From: a virus
Length of the DNA stretch: 64,000 bases
Reading direction: 5' to 3' (one strand)
UHGV virus genome: UHGV-0332176
The position numbers were made by a program, and so were the translations under genes. Under the pieces are notes generated by a model. That model was not told the DNA's origin and did no database searches. It was given only the letters and a program-made list of their open reading frames with translations. Of the stretch, positions 29,406 to 36,984 are shown piece by piece. The stretch's first letter is position 1. Each line of letters starts with the position of its first letter.

Positions 29406-29728
29406 TGAGTTATGAAATTGTCATTGGACAAACTAAATTATTTGGAGATAATCCTATTTTTAAAGAATTTAATCCATCAGTGGATATTACTGTTGATTTT
29501 AGAAATAGGGATATTTATGAATTTTTTATGCATAAAGTTTTTGCAGATTATAGACGGCAAGTTATGTCTAATATTATTAATCTTCAAACTAATCATCATA
29601 TTTTATTGAAGTTATTAGATAAGCATCCTGAATTAAATGATGAAGTTATTGATATTATTAATAAAATAGATAAAGAAGAATTAAGTGATGAATTTTTTAA
29701 TAAAATTTTGCCCAAACCTGAAATTTAA
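29405..29728 (+). CDS. hypothetical protein
   Basis: ORF with ATGA coupling. Confidence 0.45.
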   Translation: MSYEIVIGQTKLFGDNPIFKEFNPSVDITVDFRNRDIYEFFMHKVFADYRRQVMSNIINLQTNHHILLKLLDKHPELNDEVIDIINKIDKEELSDEFFNKILPKPEI

Positions 29729-29736
29729 TTATTTTT

Positions 29737-29770
29737 AAAGATGCAATAATATTATTGCATCTTTTTTTTC
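29737..29770 (+). terminator. rho-independent terminator
   Basis: 28-bp perfect palindrome aaagatgcaataat / attattgcatcttt followed by T8. Confidence 0.7.
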
Positions 29771-29814
29771 TTTGTTTCATAATGGATATACTTATTATGG
29801 AAAAGGAAAAGAGA

Positions 29815-30318
29815 ATGGATAAAGATAAGTTAGTAGAAAAATATAACTGGGATAATAAGTTTAGTACACGATTTAAACTTACAAATGGGCAGATGTTAAA
29901 GTATATTCCAGATAATATTTTTATGGTTGAATTGCCTGATTTAAAGGTGGAAAATTATGCAGATATGGGAAATGAAGATAATGTTGTATCTGATAAAATG
30001 TTAATATTAACATTACGAAGCACTAAAGATGGTTATGTTGAAAAAGAATTATATGATATATTAATGCATACTTCTTTTGATTTTGAATTATCATTATCAA
30101 ATCCAAATAAATGTCATTCAATTTATAAAGGTTGTTCAGTTGAAAAAGTTAAATTTTCACCTTTATTAAATAGACCAAATAAAGCAAACCCATTTAATTT
30201 AATTGTATATATTACTGTTGAACAAATTAATTATTATGCTTCTGATGATGTATTATCTTTTGGAACATTATCAAATCAATCTATTGGTAATGACAACGAA
30301 GGAGTTAATAATGGTTAG
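29815..30318 (+). CDS. hypothetical protein (start adjusted past the terminator to the ATG with an AGGAAAAGAGA RBS)
   Basis: The ORF track's start lies inside the terminator hairpin. The internal ATG at 29815 has an RBS. Confidence 0.45.
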   Translation: MDKDKLVEKYNWDNKFSTRFKLTNGQMLKYIPDNIFMVELPDLKVENYADMGNEDNVVSDKMLILTLRSTKDGYVEKELYDILMHTSFDFELSLSNPNKCHSIYKGCSVEKVKFSPLLNRPNKANPFNLIVYITVEQINYYASDDVLSFGTLSNQSIGNDNEGVNNG

Positions 30319-30823
30319 TAAATATAAAATTTTAATAAATGATGAAAAAGATACAATTTTAATCCAATTAGAAGACAAAGAATTTGAAAAAGTCATTGCT
30401 AAAGTTGGTAATATAGGTTTTAATTCTAATAAAGAATTAGAATTTGATATGGAATTACCAAAAGGTATGGAAAGTTATTATGAAAGTGAATCATTTTGTA
30501 ATAAAATTCAAGAAGTTGTTGGGGATATTGTTTTAAAATCTGTTAATTATGAATGGTCAGCTGCTGAAAAAGCTGTATTATTAGATTTGGAATCAAAAGT
30601 AAGACAGGCTTTTAAACCATATAACTTAGAACCAGAAGAAAATTCTTCTTTCATTGAAATGTTTGGAAAAAAAGGTTATGTTATTTCCGAAGATGATGAT
30701 GACCGTTTAACAGCTATTAAAATTAAAAATAATAAAACTTATTATTTTGATATGCCTGAACAATTGGCATTTTTAAAGAAAGAATTAACAGGAACGGGTC
30801 TTATTTTACTTGGAGAAAAATAA
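30311..30823 (+). CDS. hypothetical protein (start adjusted to the ATG with a GGAG RBS)
   Basis: ORF. Confidence 0.45.
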   Translation: MVSKYKILINDEKDTILIQLEDKEFEKVIAKVGNIGFNSNKELEFDMELPKGMESYYESESFCNKIQEVVGDIVLKSVNYEWSAAEKAVLLDLESKVRQAFKPYNLEPEENSSFIEMFGKKGYVISEDDDDRLTAIKIKNNKTYYFDMPEQLAFLKKELTGTGLILLGEK

Positions 30824-30824
30824 A

Positions 30825-30905
30825 ATGGTAGAATATATTTTAATTATTTTATTATTTCTATTTGTTATTGGTTTAGTTTTAGAACGTTGTTTAATTACAT
30901 TTTAA
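30825..30905 (+). CDS. candidate 26-aa hydrophobic micro-protein MVEYILIILLFLFVIGLVLERCLITF
   Basis: GGAG RBS 9 nt upstream. Overlaps the stop of the preceding gene. Followed by a terminator. Starts with the repeated 13-mer aaaatggtagaat. Confidence 0.35.
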   Translation: MVEYILIILLFLFVIGLVLERCLITF

Positions 30906-30915
30906 TTTCTGTTAA

Positions 30916-30953
30916 ATAAAGCATAATATTTTGATATATTATGCTTTATTACT
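30916..30953 (+). terminator. terminator hairpin
   Basis: ataaagcataatat / atattatgctttat 14-bp stem with a 6-nt loop. Confidence 0.55.
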
Positions 30954-31000
30954 ATAAAAATAATATAATAAATACTTTTATATTGATAAAAGGAAAATAA

Positions 31001-31510
31001 ATGAATCTATTTTTATTACAGCAATATCAATTTATTAATGATATATATAAAAATGAAAATTATTTAGATGTCTTAATGAATATTGATGATTTTTTTGATA
31101 TTCTTAATGTGTATGCTTTTCCAAATTGGTTTGATGCTGAAATAGTTGAAGTAAATTTTTTAAGACATTTTACAAATATTATTTTAAAAACACCACGAGA
31201 TAAAAAACCTCATACAAAAGGAAGTGTTTTATTATCTAAGTATGATTGTTTAGTAAAATATAAACCATCTTATGAATATTTGCCAAAAGAATATAAAACA
31301 GAAAAAGATATTAAATATAATACTCGTACAGGAAAATATGAACCAATAATGGAAAAAAAGGATATTTGGTTAGTTGACATATTAATTCCAAATAAACATA
31401 TTATTAATGATAACATTTACGATTTAGATGCAATTCAAAAGAAATTAGATGATGAAAATGAAACAAATGATAATGTTGAATCAGTTGTATCAAATGGTGA
31501 TGAAATTTAA
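31001..31510 (+). CDS. hypothetical protein
   Basis: ORF with an AAGGAAAATAAATG RBS. Confidence 0.5.
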   Translation: MNLFLLQQYQFINDIYKNENYLDVLMNIDDFFDILNVYAFPNWFDAEIVEVNFLRHFTNIILKTPRDKKPHTKGSVLLSKYDCLVKYKPSYEYLPKEYKTEKDIKYNTRTGKYEPIMEKKDIWLVDILIPNKHIINDNIYDLDAIQKKLDDENETNDNVESVVSNGDEI

Positions 31511-31519
31511 GGATATAAA

Positions 31520-32200
31520 ATGAAATTATATGAAGATTTGAGAGAAAATGATTTAGCTAATTTAATATCTTCTTATATAAGTATAGATGAATATACTTCT
31601 AAAATTGATGAAGATAATATTACTGTTGCTTTATTTGTAAATGAATTAGATGCAGCAGAAGAATTGGAAGATTTTATTGAAAAATATTATTATATTGAAA
31701 TTCGTGATATTGAAATTTCTGATTCATTAACTGATGATAACAAATATATTATTTTCGTTGAAGTTGAAAGGAATGATAATTTTCCCAAAATGATTTTAGA
31801 TATGATTGATACTATTAATTTTGTCGCAGATAATAAAGGATGGAATTTTTCAACATATCAAATGAATGAACCAGTTGAATTATCTGAAGAAAATATTAAA
31901 AAATATGTTAGATTGAATAAATTAAGAGATACGGCTAATATTGATACAGATGAAACAACAGTTGAAGAAAATTATAAACCTTTTTTAATTAATGACAATG
32001 GCTGGATACGTAAATATACTCCAAAACGTTATATTTCAGAAGATGAATTAAATAGAATCATTGAAAGCTCTAAAACTTTTAATGATAGAGATGATGGTGA
32101 AATTTATTTGTTAGAAAATGCGTTTCCAGGTTATGAAATTATTACAACTGATAAAAATGTTTTCTTAATTAAAAATAATAAAATTTTAATGATGGTTTAA
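31520..32200 (+). CDS. hypothetical acidic protein
   Basis: ORF. Confidence 0.5.
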   Translation: MKLYEDLRENDLANLISSYISIDEYTSKIDEDNITVALFVNELDAAEELEDFIEKYYYIEIRDIEISDSLTDDNKYIIFVEVERNDNFPKMILDMIDTINFVADNKGWNFSTYQMNEPVELSEENIKKYVRLNKLRDTANIDTDETTVEENYKPFLINDNGWIRKYTPKRYISEDELNRIIESSKTFNDRDDGEIYLLENAFPGYEIITTDKNVFLIKNNKILMMV

Positions 32201-32201
32201 A

Positions 32202-32963
32202 ATGAAATTATATAGAGGTTATAATAAAGATTATTCAAATTGGGGAATTAGACCAAATCAAAATTATATTTGGACGACTGATGATATTGATTATGCATTA
32301 GAATATGCTAAATTATTTAATAATGGCGGTTTAGTTGAATTTGATGTAGATGACAATCAATTAAATTTAGCAAATGATTATGATGGTGAAGAATTATTTG
32401 GCGATGAATGGTATGATTTTGGTGGTTTGATTGATGCTGATAATGATATGATTCAAGTTTTTATAGATAATGGTTTTAATTCAGCATTATTAGATAATAG
32501 TGGGATTGATTGTTATTTATTATTTGATAAAAAATTAATTAAATCCGCAAAAGAATTACCAATAGAATATGATGAAAATGCTATTAATGAAGTTTTAAAA
32601 ATTGCTGGTGTTCAAATAAATGAAAGCAAATATACTGTTAAAGGCGTTACATTTTATGAAGACCCATCAATAAATTGGATTAAATCACAATTAAATAATG
32701 GTAAAGAACTAAGAATTGCTATTGATGGTGATTTAAATGAGCCTTATTTTGGACAATGGTTGGTATGGGACGCAATGTCTGCTAATCATCAAAAAGCATT
32801 TCAAATACTTGGTATGGATGAAGAAGATAATATCTGTTTAAGATTATCAAAAGATGCTATAACCTATTGGGGATATTATAATCATCAAATAAATAAATTA
32901 TCTCAAGATGAAAAAATACAAAAAATATATCCAAATGGATACAAACTTATTAAGGAATGGTAA
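32202..32963 (+). CDS. small ART-like paralog family protein (253 aa), ModA/ModB-like candidate
   Basis: N-terminal LYRGY...NYIWTTDDIDYALEYA...NGFNSALL. The acidic linker then NEVLKIAGVQINESK is shared with ORF 34546. Confidence 0.55.
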   Translation: MKLYRGYNKDYSNWGIRPNQNYIWTTDDIDYALEYAKLFNNGGLVEFDVDDNQLNLANDYDGEELFGDEWYDFGGLIDADNDMIQVFIDNGFNSALLDNSGIDCYLLFDKKLIKSAKELPIEYDENAINEVLKIAGVQINESKYTVKGVTFYEDPSINWIKSQLNNGKELRIAIDGDLNEPYFGQWLVWDAMSANHQKAFQILGMDEEDNICLRLSKDAITYWGYYNHQINKLSQDEKIQKIYPNGYKLIKEW

Positions 32964-33344
32964 ATGAACATATTTTTAAAATTTCTACCATATTTGTTAA
33001 TAATTGCATTAGGTGCTGGTATCTATGGTGGTTTTAGATATATGTCAAATGAATTATCTATTACTAAAGAACAAAATCAAACTCTTATTATTAAAAATAA
33101 TGAATTACAAAATCAAATTAAAACAATTTCAACAACAGCTAATGTAACTGTTGAACAATTGGAACAGATTAGAAAAAATGAAAAAGAATCATTAAAATAT
33201 ATTTCTGAAACTAATTTAAAAATAGATGCGTTGGAATTAAATGAAGATTCAAACATTATACTTATGAAAATTAATAACTATGAAGTATGTATGGCAAAAA
33301 ATTCATTAAATCCTGAAATTAAATGTGAATTAAATATAAAATAG
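32964..33344 (+). CDS. membrane-anchored coiled-coil protein
   Basis: N-terminal TM segment FLPYLLIIALGAGIYGGF followed by a coiled-coil region. Confidence 0.5.
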   Translation: MNIFLKFLPYLLIIALGAGIYGGFRYMSNELSITKEQNQTLIIKNNELQNQIKTISTTANVTVEQLEQIRKNEKESLKYISETNLKIDALELNEDSNIILMKINNYEVCMAKNSLNPEIKCELNIK

Positions 33345-33355
33345 TTTATTTTCTC

Positions 33356-33383
33356 TTGACAAGTAATTTTTATATGTTATATT
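33356..33383 (+). promoter_or_regulatory. sigma70-like promoter TTGACA-16-TATATT
   Basis: ctcTTGACAAgtaatttttatatgtTATATT, upstream of the gene at 33420. Confidence 0.5.
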
Positions 33384-33419
33384 AACCTTATCAACAACAA
33401 ATAATGAAAGGTTAAACAA

Positions 33420-33788
33420 ATGATTACTTCAACTGAATTAGAAAATTTGATGGCTTATGCAACAGGTACAGAAAATTATTACAGATATAACTGTGGTAAT
33501 GAAATTCTTATTACTGATGGAGTAAAAATTTTTGCAGAAAATGCAGAAGCATTTTGGTTCTTAAATGATTTTTGTATTTTTATGCCTAAATGGATTAAAA
33601 AAACCGAAGAAGAATTCTTTTCTATTAAACTTATTGTTAAAAATGGTAAAGGTGATATGATTATTTCTGATGGTAATGATAAACCTCTTTATAAAAAACA
33701 TTATTCATATACCGATTGCCCAAATGGAGAATGGCTATTCTTTTATGATAATTATTCAAAAGTTCTTATGTGGCACAATGAATATTAA
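33420..33788 (+). CDS. hypothetical protein
   Basis: ORF with a GAAAGG RBS. Confidence 0.5.
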   Translation: MITSTELENLMAYATGTENYYRYNCGNEILITDGVKIFAENAEAFWFLNDFCIFMPKWIKKTEEEFFSIKLIVKNGKGDMIISDGNDKPLYKKHYSYTDCPNGEWLFFYDNYSKVLMWHNEY

Positions 33789-33794
33789 GATTAA

Positions 33795-33828
33795 AAACCT
33801 CTCTAATAAATATTTAGAGAGGTTTTTT
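33795..33828 (+). terminator. rho-independent terminator
   Basis: aaacctctctaa / ttagagaggttt 12-bp stem with a 7-nt loop and a T-run. Confidence 0.7.
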
Positions 33829-33841
33829 ACTTGGAGATATA

Positions 33842-34539
33842 ATGAAAATTTCAGAACATATGCGAAAAATATTAGAAATGGCTGGTATTGAAGAACCATT
33901 AGAAGAAATGGCATATCCAACAAATTTTAATTTAAATGAATTTTCTCAAATTCCAACATTTATTGGAAGAAAAAATATTGTGATGAACGTTTACAAAAAA
34001 TAGGTGCTGGTTCTTCAAGAATTGTTTATAGGGTTGATGATGAAAAAGTTTTAAAAATTGCAAAAAATAAAAAAGGATTAGCTCAAAATGAACACGAAGC
34101 TGATTGGGGAAGAAATAATTATGAAATTTTTGCAAAAATTTATGAAGCGGATACTAATAACTATACTTGGATTGAAATGGAATTAGCTACAAAAGCTAAA
34201 CCAACAGATTTTAAAAGATTAGTTGGTATTTCGTGGCAAGAATTATGTTTGACAATAGAATATATTTATGATATATATAAACCTAATAAAAATCCTTATT
34301 ACGTTAAAAGATATGATAGTAGATTAATGGATGAATTTATGGAAAAAGAAGTTTATTCAGAAAAGAATGATTTTCTTTATAATTTATATACTTATATGAC
34401 GGATTATCAACCAATGATTATTGGTGATTGGACGAGAATTACAAACTGGGGGATAGTTGAACGTAATGGAAAAGAATTGCCCGTTATTATTGATGATGGA
34501 TTAGATGAATTAATTTATAAAACATATTATGGATGGTAA
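33842..34539 (+). pseudogene. protein-kinase-like gene split by a -1 frameshift at an A-run near 33970-33976. This could be a programmed or transcriptional slip, an assembly error, or genuine decay.
   Basis: Frame A runs from the ATG at 33842 (GGAG RBS) to a TAG at 34003. Frame -1 is open from 33940 to 34539 and encodes IGAGSSRIVYRV (Gly loop), VLKIAK (beta-3 Lys), IGDWTRITNWG (catalytic-loop-like) and IIDDG (DFG-like). Confidence 0.45.
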
Positions 34540-34545
34540 TTGAAA

Positions 34546-35946
34546 ATGGTAGAATTTATTGCATATCACGGAAGTCAAACAAGTAAATTAAAAATGTATG
34601 AAAATTCAGCATTATATTTTACAACTAATTATAATCAAGCAAAATCTTATGCTAAAAGAGAATGGGATGAAGGACTAATTGAAGGACAAATTCCTGTTGT
34701 ATATAAAGCTAAATTAAATATTGAAAATCCTTATAAAATTAAAGATTATGATGAATTTATGATGGATTTTACTGATACAGGTATGTATGAATATTTTAGG
34801 GAAGAATTGATTGAAAAAGGATATGATTCAGCAATTTATGATGATAAAAAACATAAGTCACAATTAATAGTTATTTTTTATCCATCTCAATATAAAATTT
34901 TAGAAATGGAAAAATTACCACCATCTTTAGAATATTATTATAATGGTGAATTAGAAGACGATGAAGATATAAATGATTACTATTATGAAGATGATTATGA
35001 TGATGAGATTGATGAAGTTTTAAAAAGAGCTGGTATTCAAATTAATGAAGAAAAGATAGATGCTCCATTTCAAATTCCAGAAGTTATTAAAGACAATTTT
35101 AAAATTACTAATTCATTAAAAGATGCAAGTAAATGGAAAGCCAAAATTATTGAAAACAATAGTAATGGTGATGAATCAATTGGTATTGGTGATTGGAATA
35201 ATATTGGTTATGTAATGATTTCATTAAAAGATAATACAATTATTCCTATTGCTCGTGCAGATGAGCATAAACAAGGTTATGAACTTTTATATGAATTACA
35301 AGAGAAATATGGAATAAATGCATCAGATTATTATAGTGTTTGGTGCTTAAAAAATTCAGCAAATTATCCTTATAATAAAGAAGAAGGAGATTTATTGAAA
35401 AAAGCATTAATTAAATGTAAAAGTTATGGTATGGATTTATCAAAATCTTTGGTTTATATGAAATATATAGACCCACTTTATAGAGATAAATCTTATGATG
35501 ATTCTATGATTACAGCTGAAGATTTTATAAATGATAATTATCAAACAGTTGAAAAATTAAATACCTCAATTACAAATACTGGAAATAAATTAATTGATGC
35601 TTTTAAATTGTTAAGTGAAAGTTTTTCTAAAACAAATATTCGTGGCAAGTATTCAATTGTTAATATTAATAAAGCAATAAAGAATTTATATAATGTTGGA
35701 AGTAAAATAATTTTAAAAGATAATTTTAAACTGGTTAGTGATATGGATTTAGAACAAATGCAAGAATTTGTGCAACAGTATAAAGAAGGATATTATAATA
35801 ACAATCAATTGTCAAAAGTATTTTTTGGATTTATGGGATTTAGAAATAATTTTCATCAACGTTTAAGAAAAAACATTGATAATAAAATGCTTGAAAAACA
35901 ATTAGGGTCAGTTGAAAAAATTATAGAAATAATAGGAAGTATATAA
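34546..35946 (+). CDS. ART-like paralog family protein (467 aa); start taken at the ATG of the aaaatggtagaat repeat
   Basis: N-terminal AYHGSQT...ALYFTTNYNQAKSYA...KGYDSAIY. An acidic linker is followed by DEVLKRAGIQINEEK, shared with ORF 32202. Confidence 0.55.
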   Translation: MVEFIAYHGSQTSKLKMYENSALYFTTNYNQAKSYAKREWDEGLIEGQIPVVYKAKLNIENPYKIKDYDEFMMDFTDTGMYEYFREELIEKGYDSAIYDDKKHKSQLIVIFYPSQYKILEMEKLPPSLEYYYNGELEDDEDINDYYYEDDYDDEIDEVLKRAGIQINEEKIDAPFQIPEVIKDNFKITNSLKDASKWKAKIIENNSNGDESIGIGDWNNIGYVMISLKDNTIIPIARADEHKQGYELLYELQEKYGINASDYYSVWCLKNSANYPYNKEEGDLLKKALIKCKSYGMDLSKSLVYMKYIDPLYRDKSYDDSMITAEDFINDNYQTVEKLNTSITNTGNKLIDAFKLLSESFSKTNIRGKYSIVNINKAIKNLYNVGSKIILKDNFKLVSDMDLEQMQEFVQQYKEGYYNNNQLSKVFFGFMGFRNNFHQRLRKNIDNKMLEKQLGSVEKIIEIIGSI

Positions 35947-36275
35947 TGATGAAAAAAATATTTTTATTATTAATAGCATTAATGTTATGTGCTTGTGCAA
36001 CTAAAACAGAAGTAATTTATCAACCTGTTTATCCAAATTTGCCACAACTTGAATCACCATTAATTTTGTCAAATATTCCTTGTAAATTTTCAATGCCAGA
36101 AAATCAGACTGAACAAATTTTTATTGGTTTTAATAAAGAAAATTTTAAATGTTATTTAAAAAATCAAGAAATAAACCGTGAACAAAAATTATTATTTGAA
36201 AAATTTGTCAATGAAGTTAATAAAGAACGAAAAATTTGGAATAATGCAAATAAAAAGGTTGACAATAAAAAATAA
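35946..36275 (+). CDS. putative lipoprotein
   Basis: MMKKIFLLLIALMLCAC-ATK is signal-peptide-like with a Cys at the end of the hydrophobic segment (lipobox-like LCAC). Confidence 0.45.
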   Translation: MMKKIFLLLIALMLCACATKTEVIYQPVYPNLPQLESPLILSNIPCKFSMPENQTEQIFIGFNKENFKCYLKNQEINREQKLLFEKFVNEVNKERKIWNNANKKVDNKK

Positions 36276-36287
36276 ATGATATAGTAT
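36259..36287 (+). promoter_or_regulatory. sigma70-like promoter TTGACA-17-TAGTAT
   Basis: ggTTGACAAtaaaaaataaatgataTAGTAT, embedded in the 3' end of the lipoprotein gene. Confidence 0.45.
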
Positions 36288-36312
36288 AACCTTAATTTAA
36301 GAGGTATTATTT

Positions 36313-36984
36313 ATGTCATTTTTTAATTTAACTAAAATAAAATCAATAACAAAATTAAATAAAATATATAGATTACTTAGTAAAACATATCATCCTGACA
36401 ATAAAGAAACAGGTGATAAAGATAAATTTATTGAGTTAAAAGAAGAATATGATAATGCAAAAAAAGTAATTTCTTCTTCACCAACACCAATTTTAATCAA
36501 TATTTCAACTTCAAAAGCATTCACAGGCTGTGAAGTTAATTATAATAATTGTGGCGATTCTGCCATAATTAAAATTCCTGCTAAATTTTATGATACTATG
36601 GATAGTGCCCTTATTTGTGATAATAATGGAAAATCATATATTGTATCCGTTAAGATAAAACCAGAAAAAGATGAAGCAATTACTTATTCACGAAATGGTG
36701 ATATAATTATTACCAAATATATTGAAATTACACCATTTGATTTAATTGGAAATAATGTTATATCATTTAATTTATTTAATGAAGAAAAACAAATTTTATT
36801 AACAAATAAATTAATAAAAAATATTCAACAACCACTAACATTATTAAATATCGGATACCCTTTGAAAAAAAATAGAAAAAAACGTGGAATTGTTAGAATA
36901 AGATTTAAAATTAAACCTTTATCTATTAAAGATGAAGATAAAAAATTATTAAAAGTTATTGAGGAAAAATATAAATGCCAGTAG
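36313..36984 (+). CDS. J-domain (DnaJ-like) protein
   Basis: LNKIYRLLSKTYHPDN...DKFIELKEEYDNA shows J-domain helices II and III with the HPD tripeptide. AAGAGG RBS. Confidence 0.5.
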   Translation: MSFFNLTKIKSITKLNKIYRLLSKTYHPDNKETGDKDKFIELKEEYDNAKKVISSSPTPILINISTSKAFTGCEVNYNNCGDSAIIKIPAKFYDTMDSALICDNNGKSYIVSVKIKPEKDEAITYSRNGDIIITKYIEITPFDLIGNNVISFNLFNEEKQILLTNKLIKNIQQPLTLLNIGYPLKKNRKKRGIVRIRFKIKPLSIKDEDKKLLKVIEEKYKCQ

